This document shows positions 8,981 to 16,598 of a DNA stretch of 64,000 nt, in pieces. The notes below the pieces were generated by a model, which was given only the letters and a program-made list of their open reading frames with translations, was not told where the DNA came from and did no database searches. A program made the position numbers and the translations under genes. Source of the DNA: an uncultured Gammaproteobacteria bacterium (GTDB lineage: Bacteria > Patescibacteriota > Microgenomatia > Levybacterales > GWA1-39-11); NCBI GenBank assembly GCA_964485575.1, contig CAZAJO010000002.1, forward strand, positions 23,230-87,229. The letters are read 5' to 3'. Every line of letters begins with the position of its first letter. Position 1 is the first letter of the stretch.

Positions 8981-9186
8981 CGAATGTACTCATGAGGGTC
9001 GGCCAAGGATGAGCTTGCTCAGACTTACCGGACTCTCAATAGCAAGGTTCGACACTGAAAAGCGTAGCTTTGTCATGCCGAACCGCACTATAAACGGTTC
9101 AACATCAGCTTTGTTCCACATAACTTCAATTGAACCGACCCTAATTTTACCAAATTTACCCTCATATAAGCAAATGGCCCGTCAAT

Positions 9187-9215
9187 TTGACAAAAACTGC
9201 AACATTTACCATACT
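9187..9215 (+). promoter_or_regulatory. putative sigma70-like promoter for the 9239 membrane-protein gene
   Basis: TTGACA (9187-9192), a 17-nt spacer, then CATACT. An SD-like AAGGGGAAGGAGGTG lies 6 nt before the ATG at 9239. Confidence 0.4.
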
Positions 9216-9238
9216 GGTAAGGGGAAGGAGGTGAGAAA

Positions 9239-9895
9239 ATGGACAGTGTAAACAACGTTTTGATAAGCACTTTAAATGGAAGTGTATCTACTATCTTCTC
9301 TTTTATTCCACGCTTCTTGTCCGGTTTTATAATTCTTCTGATTGGAATAATAATCGCTACTTTTTTAAGGCAACTTGTCCAAGAAGTTCTCAAATTCGTC
9401 AAATTTGAAGCATTTCTGAAAAAGTACGGCGTACCTGAATCAAAAGAGAATGCTCAGTGGAGTGTCATCATTGCTGAGATCGTCAGATGGTTTGTCATCA
9501 TCGTCTTTCTAGTACCGACAGCTGATGTTTGGGGACTTGGAAAATTTGTTGATGTTCTCAACAATCTACTTCTTTTCCTTCCAAACGTATTCATAGCAGT
9601 ATTGCTGCTTTTGGTTGGATTTGTCGTCTCAAAATTGGTGTATGACCTATTGATGGCTTCCGTTCGTGGACTTTCAAGAGATAGTGCAAGAACGATTGCG
9701 ATGGTAGGAAGATGGTCAGTACTCATCTTTGTGTTCTTAGTTGTGCTCAATCAACTAGGAATTGCAAGTGATCTCATACGGATTCTCTTTTCGGGCATAG
9801 TGGCAATGTTAGCTCTTGCTGGCGGTCTTGCTTTTGGTCTTGGAGGAAAGGAAGCAGCGAAGGACATCATAGACAAACTTCGTAAAAAGATCTAG
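9239..9895 (+). CDS. polytopic membrane protein (conserved TM-helix repeats, MscS-associated type)
   Basis: 218 aa with 5-6 hydrophobic helices. The repeated motif LLxFLPNVFIAVLLLLVGFVVSK resembles the conserved TM-helix repeat family. Confidence 0.4.
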   Translation: MDSVNNVLISTLNGSVSTIFSFIPRFLSGFIILLIGIIIATFLRQLVQEVLKFVKFEAFLKKYGVPESKENAQWSVIIAEIVRWFVIIVFLVPTADVWGLGKFVDVLNNLLLFLPNVFIAVLLLLVGFVVSKLVYDLLMASVRGLSRDSARTIAMVGRWSVLIFVFLVVLNQLGIASDLIRILFSGIVAMLALAGGLAFGLGGKEAAKDIIDKLRKKI

Positions 9896-9949
9896 TTTGT
9901 TGAGAATGAACTAGATTTTGTTATAATATAAGGCTGGTAAATCAAATAC

Positions 9950-10021
9950 GGCCCGTTCTTCTATCGGTTAGGAAACAGGGTTTTCATCCCTGTAGGGTGG
10001 GTTCGACTCCCACACGGGTCA
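9950..10021 (+). tRNA. tRNA-Glu (anticodon TTC)
   Basis: GGCCCGTTCTTCTATCGGTTAGGAAACAGGGTTTTCATCCCTGTAGGGTGGGTTCGACTCCCACACGGGTCA. The anticodon stem CAGGG/CCCTG carries loop TTTTCAT. The T-loop is GGTTCGACTCC. A TATAAT lies at 9922-9927. Confidence 0.75.
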
Positions 10022-10062
10022 CAATCTTGACAGAGAATTTTCAAAGTACTATTATTTGGTTA

Positions 10063-10608
10063 ATGACATCCCCAGACGCTCGAGAATCAAGCCAACAACC
10101 AACTACTCCAGAAGCAGGCATTCCACTTTACGAGCCTTCTACATCTTTGCCAGACACTCTTGCAAAAATTGACGGACTTCTTGCAAAACCTGCTGATGAG
10201 GTTACAAATAGAGATCTTTTTGAGGCCATTGCGGATTCTTTCGCAACTCGTTGTACCCAGTATAAAGATCAAGGTATCAAATGGATCGATCCGGAAACAG
10301 GAGCTGAGGATGATGTAGATTGGGAAAGGGAGGATGAAAAAGCCTTTTACTTCGAGGGGGACAGAAGAGTTGGGATATCATATGATCGAGACACTCATGA
10401 GCAAGCATGGATTGATTTACCTGAAGCACCAGTTATCGTATTCATGCCTGTCAAAGATGATACTTTGATTGTTTTGGAGGATTATTCGTCTCAAGAACCT
10501 GGTGGAGAAGTCCCTTCAAGACAAGTTGCATCACTTGGAGCAGCAATCAACACAAATGTCCTTCAAACCTTAGCAATGGGCTTAAAAAGTCCACTCGGAC
10601 CTATCTAG
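10063..10608 (+). CDS. hypothetical acidic protein
   Basis: Trimmed to the Met (MTSPDARESS...) downstream of tRNA-Glu. No recognisable motif. Asp/Glu-rich. Confidence 0.35.
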   Translation: MTSPDARESSQQPTTPEAGIPLYEPSTSLPDTLAKIDGLLAKPADEVTNRDLFEAIADSFATRCTQYKDQGIKWIDPETGAEDDVDWEREDEKAFYFEGDRRVGISYDRDTHEQAWIDLPEAPVIVFMPVKDDTLIVLEDYSSQEPGGEVPSRQVASLGAAINTNVLQTLAMGLKSPLGPI

Positions 10609-10617
10609 AATTTCATC

Positions 10618-11073
10618 TTATTTCCTCATTCCTGGGTCTGTCTGACTTACCCTTTGAAGTAATTTTTCCTGAAAATTGGTTAATGTCCCTACAATGTGGG
10701 TTGCATGAGTCCCCATAAGTTGAGGGTTATCAAACTTTGAAATTCCTAACTTTACCCCAGCTTCTATCAACCTTTGTTGATAAATTTCTTCTTCGGATAA
10801 TCGAAACAGTGACATTCTTACGGTTTCATCAGGGATATCATTAATAAAGAAATTTGCGGCTACTGCGGAAAGCAACATTCTTAACCCACCACCGTGTTTT
10901 GTATTTGAAAAAACATGAAAAAGGCTAGCTCTTTCCTTTAACCCTTTATCCTGAAAATGCATAGCAAATGAAGCTAAGGTTCCTTCTGATAATTGCGGAA
11001 CCCCTAGATCTGACAGACACTCGAGTGCAATATCGGTTGTTCTGTGTTCAAATGGCAACGCAGGTTGTTCCAT
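10618..11073 (-). CDS. hypothetical protein
   Basis: 151 aa, clean ORF. No recognised catalytic motif. Confidence 0.4.
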   Translation of the reverse strand: MEQPALPFEHRTTDIALECLSDLGVPQLSEGTLASFAMHFQDKGLKERASLFHVFSNTKHGGGLRMLLSAVAANFFINDIPDETVRMSLFRLSEEEIYQQRLIEAGVKLGISKFDNPQLMGTHATHIVGTLTNFQEKLLQRVSQTDPGMRK

Positions 11074-11162
11074 ACTCCAAATTATATCCCTGCTCCATTC
11101 TCAGTCAAGAGACTTGATCAGTATCAATGAAATCTGGTTGATTTCATGATAATCAATTTACA

Positions 11163-11510
11163 ATGAGAAGAGTGAATAGAAAGATTGTTATTCTAAGAAC
11201 AATACATGGGCTCTTTGCCCTTTATTTTATCCTGTGTATCTTTTGTATCTACTATGCAATATTTACTTTAAGTCTTGATATTTATTTAGGTATTGCTATA
11301 AGTAGTCTTGTTGTTGAGGGCATCATGGTATTTCTTCTCAATAGGGGTGATTGTCCGTTGATACACATACAGCGTAAAATCGGTGATGAAATACCTTTTT
11401 TTGAGTTATTTTTGCCTAAAAAGACTGCTAAAAAGGCAGTACCATTTTTTCTTTACATCACTTTCTTTGGTCTTTTGATTCTTGCAGTAAGAGTCTACCT
11501 AAATTATTAG
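11163..11510 (+). CDS. small membrane protein (3 TM)
   Basis: 115 aa, strongly hydrophobic. Hydrophobicity only. Confidence 0.4.
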   Translation: MRRVNRKIVILRTIHGLFALYFILCIFCIYYAIFTLSLDIYLGIAISSLVVEGIMVFLLNRGDCPLIHIQRKIGDEIPFFELFLPKKTAKKAVPFFLYITFFGLLILAVRVYLNY

Positions 11511-11597
11511 CGTTCGCTATTCATCCTCTAGTAAGTTATAATGAGTTTAGTGCCCCGTTAATTTCCTTCCGCACCGTTCATTTCTTTTCTGGTTATT

Positions 11598-12659
11598 ATG
11601 CAAAAATTAATAAAAAATAAGTACGCTAATTTCTATCTGAATGCAGCGTCCAAACTTGGTTTAGAATACGTTATTTTGAACGAAAAGGTTGGATTGGCTA
11701 GAATTTTTAACAATGCTACTGAGCTTGATATTAGTTCAAATATTTTGGGTGTTAATACTCAAATAAGCTCAAGCCTGTCAGTAAATAAATCAAAAACATC
11801 TCTGCTCCTTCAGGAAGAGAATTTACCTACACCAAGCTTTAAAATATTCACCAATCAACAGAGAGCCGTTGACTACGCTTCTGATCATTTGCAAAATGGT
11901 ACTCTTGTTGTCATTAAACCGTTAAGCGGATCGCTTTCAATTGGGATAACTGTTAATCCTTCGACAGTTTCTCAAATTAAAAAGGCAGTTGCCGAGGCTT
12001 TTGAAGGAAATTCAATTATCATGATAGAGGAATATATTCCCGGAAGACATTTCAGAATTACAGTGTTTGATGACGAAATAATTGCCGTAACTGAGAGAAT
12101 AGCTGCAAATGTGACATCGAATGGAACAAGTTCTATAGAACAACTTATTATTGAAAAAAACAAAGAAAGAAGAAAATTGGAACTTCCCCCAATTCATTTG
12201 CGCATGAAAGATCTTCACTATCTGAAAAAGGAAAAGATAGAATTGTCCAAAGTATATCCTTCAGGATGCAATATCATTTTACAGTTGGGCTGTGATTTAG
12301 ATATTGGAGGCGAACGTGTAAGAATTGAAAGAGAACTTATCCACCCTGATAATAGCGAACTTTTTAAAAATGCAGCAAAAGTATTGGGCCTTAGATTTGC
12401 GGGCATTGATTACATCTCACCTGATATTTTACTTTCTCACAAAACTATTAAAACGGCTATTAATGAAATAAATAGTGCTCCAGATTCTGATGTTCACTAT
12501 AGAGATACGTATCCAAATGATAATTATGCAGCTGAGCGAATCGTTGAAAAAATATTCAATACAAAAGTCGTATTTGTTAAGGAGAACACGCTAACACTTC
12601 CATTTACTCAATTCTTAACAAGAGTTACTAAAAAGATAAGTGATATTCAGATAAACTAA
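11598..12659 (+). CDS. ATP-grasp family ligase (RimK/cyanophycin-synthetase-like)
   Basis: Central ATP-grasp hallmarks are present: a KTSLLLQEENLPTP segment that fits a linker between N and central domains, a LVVIKPLSGSLSIGI P-loop-like strand, an IIMIEEYIPGRHFRITVFDDEIIAV stretch and a C-terminal LRFAGIDYIS. Confidence 0.5.
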   Translation: MQKLIKNKYANFYLNAASKLGLEYVILNEKVGLARIFNNATELDISSNILGVNTQISSSLSVNKSKTSLLLQEENLPTPSFKIFTNQQRAVDYASDHLQNGTLVVIKPLSGSLSIGITVNPSTVSQIKKAVAEAFEGNSIIMIEEYIPGRHFRITVFDDEIIAVTERIAANVTSNGTSSIEQLIIEKNKERRKLELPPIHLRMKDLHYLKKEKIELSKVYPSGCNIILQLGCDLDIGGERVRIERELIHPDNSELFKNAAKVLGLRFAGIDYISPDILLSHKTIKTAINEINSAPDSDVHYRDTYPNDNYAAERIVEKIFNTKVVFVKENTLTLPFTQFLTRVTKKISDIQIN

Positions 12660-13213
12660 AGTTTTCCTCCACATAATTTTTCTGACCACAAACCTACCCT
12701 CAATCTCTCCGCCTCGATCTGAGCTGATTTGTATTCTTTCTGATGTTTATACGGGGTATCATAAGTGTACTCGTAAGCAAATCCTGACTTTATCATTTCA
12801 AGTCCATAATCAATATTGTTAGGTAGAAAAACATACCGCAAAAGTCTGCCATATTTATCCTTATCCCCTTGCGATGGATCTGATTCTAGTCTAACAGTTT
12901 GGCTTGTCAGTAAACCTTTGGCCTTATCTGAGGCCTCTTTCCCAAAACACTCGACTTTGCGCCGGGGGTCTACAGTTTCTGGTGTATTTATCCCCAAAAC
13001 TCGTACTTTTAGTGTTGAGTTATTAAAAGAAACACTAAATGTGTCTCCATCGACAACTTTTACGACTTTATACACACTTGGGACATTCTGTTTGGGAGCA
13101 TCCCTAACAGACAATACATTCTTTTGGGGGTAATTTTGATTGTAAACTTGAAATCCCAGGAATAGGAGAAAAACAATAGATGATACTAAAAGGCGGATAT
13201 TTTTACGCGACAC
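12656..13213 (-). CDS. secreted/membrane-anchored thermonuclease (staphylococcal nuclease, SNase-like)
   Basis: An N-terminal TM anchor is followed by the SNase fold motifs VVKVVDGDTF...RVLGINTPE...GKEA...YGRLLRYVF. Confidence 0.6.
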   Translation of the reverse strand: MSRKNIRLLVSSIVFLLFLGFQVYNQNYPQKNVLSVRDAPKQNVPSVYKVVKVVDGDTFSVSFNNSTLKVRVLGINTPETVDPRRKVECFGKEASDKAKGLLTSQTVRLESDPSQGDKDKYGRLLRYVFLPNNIDYGLEMIKSGFAYEYTYDTPYKHQKEYKSAQIEAERLRVGLWSEKLCGGKL

Positions 13214-13225
13214 AGAGCCAGTATA

Positions 13226-13714
13226 CTACGAATTGATTGAGAGTATTTTGTAAGAAATTGTACCTTTTGGAGCCTCAAAGGAAGCTTCCTCCCCTACTTT
13301 TTTACCCATAAGCGCGCGCCCTAAAGGCGAATGCTGAGAAATCTTCTTTTCTAATGGATTTGCCTCATAATCTCCCACAATATTAAATACTGTCTTACCA
13401 CCATCACTTTCAACGGTAACTATGCTTCCAATAGATACTTTCCCATCACTTCCCTCAATAATGTCAGCCAATTTTATCTGTATTTCTGTTCGAAAAATCT
13501 GGCTATCTATCGAGCGAAGTCTTGATTTTGCAGCTGTATAAAGACCATTTTCAGACAGATCTCCCATAGCACGAGCTTCAGCAAGATTTTTGACTGCCTG
13601 AGGTCTATCTTTTATAAGGTTGGCTAGTTCTTCATTCAGTTTTTCAAATCCTTCTTTTGTAATGGGGATACGCTTTATCCGGGAATTCATAACACTTGTC
13701 TTTAGTTTGCTCAT
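13226..13714 (-). CDS. greA: transcription elongation factor GreA
   Basis: The N-terminal coiled-coil carries GDLSENGLY (compare GDLSENAEY) and is followed by a C-terminal FKBP-like domain. 162 aa. Confidence 0.7.
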   Translation of the reverse strand: MSKLKTSVMNSRIKRIPITKEGFEKLNEELANLIKDRPQAVKNLAEARAMGDLSENGLYTAAKSRLRSIDSQIFRTEIQIKLADIIEGSDGKVSIGSIVTVESDGGKTVFNIVGDYEANPLEKKISQHSPLGRALMGKKVGEEASFEAPKGTISYKILSINS

Positions 13715-13767
13715 AAATAAGTTGTATCTATTATATCCTATTTTTGGTATAATGAAACTTATAGTAT

Positions 13768-13795
13768 GACACGTGTGCCCGCGTGTCGTTTTTTT
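13768..13795 (+). promoter_or_regulatory. GC-rich hairpin plus U-tract in the typA 5' leader (possible attenuator)
   Basis: GACACG tgtgcccg CGTGTC is followed by TTTTTTT. It lies 8 nt before the typA ATG (13804) and after an extended -10 TGGTATAAT (13745-13753). Confidence 0.35.
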
Positions 13796-13803
13796 ATTTT
13801 AAT

Positions 13804-15639
13804 ATGGATACACAAATTCGAAACATTGCCATAATCGCCCACGTTGATCACGGGAAAACTACTCTTGTGGATTCAATGTTAAAACAAACCCACACGTTCC
13901 GAGACAATCAAAAGGAAATGACCGAAACTCTCATCATGGACTCAAATGACCTGGAAAAAGAGAAAGGTATTACCATTCTTTCAAAAAACAACTCGGTAAA
14001 ATACAAGGATGTTAAGATCAATATCATTGACACTCCAGGACATGCTGACTTTGGAGGAGAAGTTGAGCGCATCCTTAATATGGCAGATGGAGCTATTCTT
14101 CTTGTTGATGCTGTTGAAGGTCCACTTCCCCAAACAAAATTTGTACTTAAAAAGGCTTTAGAGCAACATTTGAAGATCATTCTTCTTATCAACAAAATTG
14201 ACAAAAAAGATGCCAGACCACAAGAGATCATACAAGAGGCAGAAGGACTTTTCTTAGAACTTGCTACTCACGATGATCATCTCAACTTTAAGACTTTGTA
14301 TGCGGTTGGGCGTGACGGGAAGGCATTTGATACTTTGCCTGAAAATTACACTCAAGACACACAGGGTGATTTATCTCCACTTTTTGAAGCTATAGTGTCT
14401 GAAATCCCAAACAGCGTTAAGGACGAAGACCAGCCTTTCCAAATGCTTATTTCTACCCTTGATACTGACCCACACGTAGGAAAGATCTGTATCGGAGCCG
14501 TAACAAGAGGAAAACTCAAAAAGGGAGATATGGTTTCTTTAGTTGATGAGGACAAGGTCATTGGTACAAGCCGTGTACAAAAACTCTTTACAAGCGTCGG
14601 GCTTGACCGTGTTGAGGTTGAAGAGGTATCTTCAGGTGACATAGTTGCAATCGCCGGAATCCCACAGCTTACCATAGGTCAGACTGTGACAGATCCATCT
14701 ACGCCTGTCAGCCTTCCAAAAATTCATGTCGAAGATCCGACCATCAGAATAACCATTGGACCCAACACAAGCCCTTTCTTGGGTAAAGAAGGAAAATTGC
14801 TTTCTTCCTCTCAGATAAAAGATAGACTCTTAAAAGAAAAAGAGACCAATTTGGGTCTTAAGATTGAGCAGGCAGAAGGGTCATCAAATTTTGCAGTTTC
14901 AGGACGTGGTGAGCTTCATCTTGCAGTTTTGATTGAAAACATGCGTCGTGAAGGATTTGAACTAGAAATATCAAAGCCACAGGTTATCTACAAAACAGTT
15001 GATGGAAAGGTCCATGAACCATACGAAGAAGTCACAATTGATGCAGGACAGGAATATATAGGTGCGATCAGTGAGGAATTTGCCAAAAGAAAAGCAACAC
15101 TCATCAATATGTCACCGGAACCTGGTAATATCACCCGGTTTGTATACAAAGTATCAAGTAAAAATTTGCTTGGTATCAGAAATATTTTACTGACAAAGAC
15201 TCGTGGAACGGTTGAACTTAACACGTTCTTTTTAGGGTACTTTCCCAAAGAAGAATCTGCAGTTGAAGAACAAAGAAATGGAGTACTTATTTCATTTGAT
15301 TCAGGTAATGCTCTTTCTTATGGACTTGAGAATGCTCAAGAGCGTGGAACGTTATTTATCAAACCAAATACACCTGTATATGAGGGTATGATAATCGGAA
15401 TTTCGACTCGGGACCGCGATATGGAGATAAACGTGACAAAAGGAAAGAAAATGACGAATGTCAGATCTTCAACGTCTGATTTCTCTGTTCAGATAAATAC
15501 TCCTGTCGAGCTTTCATTGGAACAGGCTTTGGACTTTATCAACGCTGATGAGCTTTTAGAAGTAACTCCGCAAAGCATCAGACTTCGAAAGAGATATCTT
15601 TCAGCAGTTGAGCGGAAAATAAGCACACGAAAGAATTAA
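13804..15639 (+). CDS. typA: translational GTPase TypA/BipA
   Basis: The G1 motif AIIAHVDHGKTTL and the G3 motif DTPGHADF are present. A length of about 610 aa and EF-G-like C-terminal domains fit. The ATG at 13804 is preferred over the track GTG at 13783, which lies inside the leader hairpin. Confidence 0.8.
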   Translation: MDTQIRNIAIIAHVDHGKTTLVDSMLKQTHTFRDNQKEMTETLIMDSNDLEKEKGITILSKNNSVKYKDVKINIIDTPGHADFGGEVERILNMADGAILLVDAVEGPLPQTKFVLKKALEQHLKIILLINKIDKKDARPQEIIQEAEGLFLELATHDDHLNFKTLYAVGRDGKAFDTLPENYTQDTQGDLSPLFEAIVSEIPNSVKDEDQPFQMLISTLDTDPHVGKICIGAVTRGKLKKGDMVSLVDEDKVIGTSRVQKLFTSVGLDRVEVEEVSSGDIVAIAGIPQLTIGQTVTDPSTPVSLPKIHVEDPTIRITIGPNTSPFLGKEGKLLSSSQIKDRLLKEKETNLGLKIEQAEGSSNFAVSGRGELHLAVLIENMRREGFELEISKPQVIYKTVDGKVHEPYEEVTIDAGQEYIGAISEEFAKRKATLINMSPEPGNITRFVYKVSSKNLLGIRNILLTKTRGTVELNTFFLGYFPKEESAVEEQRNGVLISFDSGNALSYGLENAQERGTLFIKPNTPVYEGMIIGISTRDRDMEINVTKGKKMTNVRSSTSDFSVQINTPVELSLEQALDFINADELLEVTPQSIRLRKRYLSAVERKISTRKN

Positions 15640-15659
15640 GTTGAACCTCAGTTGGGTAT

Positions 15660-16598
15660 TTGATACCATTAACTCACATGAAAAGAATATTCCCCACCCT
15701 TTTACTGTCTGCTGCCTTTTTACTGATTTCTATTACAAGAGTCCATGCTCAAGATTTTTTTAATCCTGACCCATTGATTCCGGAAGTTGCTACTGATTCA
15801 GCATCTGCTTCAGAGTCGGCAAAAGAGGCCGCAGCAATCGCAAAGATACAGCAACAAGACGTTACGCGTCCGGAAGGACCTGAGGATGCCGCAGCACTTA
15901 ATTTATTCAAGCAAAGACCAGCTGACAAACTCAATTGGTACAATCTCATGGCATTTCTCATACAGTCTTCCGTGAAAGCCGGTGTGCCTTCAAGAACTGT
16001 CATTCTTATTCTGCTTTTACCTATGCTTGCAACAATTATTGCCTTTATTAGACACGTTATTGGTCTTCCGAGTATCGGAATGCTTGTACCAGTTGCGCTT
16101 TCTATCACTCTTCTATCCACAGGTATCACAGCAGGGCTGATACTGTTGGCAACAATTATTTTCTCTTCAACTGTGGCAAGAATTCTACTTAAGAAGGTTC
16201 GCATCATGCAGCTTCCCAAAATGGCTTTCTCGATGTTCATTGTATCTATCTTTCTTTTCCTTACGCTAACTGTATCTGCTATGGCAGGGATTTTGGTAGT
16301 AAAGCAGCTCTCTATATTCCCGGTACTTCTACTTATACTTTTGTCTGAGCAAATCATTGCGGTACAACAAGAGAGAAGCGCTCAGGAAATGGCAATCATT
16401 TCAATGGTGACTTTTGCCATAGGTATCTTAGGATTTCTACTACTCTCGTCTATCCATCTGAGAAATACAATCCTTCTCTACCCTGAATTCATACTGATAC
16501 TCATTCCACTTAATATAGTGGTTGGTAGGTATTTTGGCCTTCGACTCATGGAATATTTCAGGTTTTCCTCAATAATGCGCCATGGCAGTAAGTCGTAA
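15660..16598 (+). CDS. signal peptide + 7TM membrane protein (7TM partner of the ATP-grasp/retropepsin amidoligase cassette)
   Basis: A signal peptide and a low-complexity acidic linker are followed by about 7 hydrophobic helices. The 3' end overlaps the downstream ATP-grasp gene by 17 nt. Confidence 0.5.
   Translation: MIPLTHMKRIFPTLLLSAAFLLISITRVHAQDFFNPDPLIPEVATDSASASESAKEAAAIAKIQQQDVTRPEGPEDAAALNLFKQRPADKLNWYNLMAFLIQSSVKAGVPSRTVILILLLPMLATIIAFIRHVIGLPSIGMLVPVALSITLLSTGITAGLILLATIIFSSTVARILLKKVRIMQLPKMAFSMFIVSIFLFLTLTVSAMAGILVVKQLSIFPVLLLILLSEQIIAVQQERSAQEMAIISMVTFAIGILGFLLLSSIHLRNTILLYPEFILILIPLNIVVGRYFGLRLMEYFRFSSIMRHGSKS

Noticed and set aside
8850-9000. Integrated mobile element at tRNA-Lys / tRNA-Gly (att-site duplication)
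   Set aside because: The duplicated segments are the tRNA 5' ends, whereas integrases usually target 3' ends. They are only 35-45 bp from the tRNAs with nothing inserted between. No integrase, transposase or phage gene occurs in the window. The repeats are kept as a finding but not called a mobile element.
8985-9165. SRP RNA / 6S RNA / tmRNA identity for the intergenic structured region
   Set aside because: I could not recognise the SRP domain IV motif, a tmRNA tag reading frame, a tRNA-like 3' end, or RNase P conserved regions by eye. It was left as an unclassified candidate.
8907-9402. Track ORFs 8907-9251 (+) and 9088-9402 (-) in the tRNA-Lys intergenic region
   Set aside because: They overlap the tRNA-Lys flank and each other, have no SD or promoter logic, and their translations have no protein-like composition. 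The region is better explained as non-coding or structured RNA.
9997-10062. 5' extension of the 9997-10608 ORF
   Set aside because: The extension begins inside tRNA-Glu. The CDS was trimmed to the first Met downstream of the tRNA.
15749-16357. 202-aa minus-strand ORF
   Set aside because: It is antisense to the 7TM gene. It has Ser/Ala/Ile-rich mirror composition of the hydrophobic helices. The plus-strand gene has a signal peptide and overlap-coupling to the downstream ligase.
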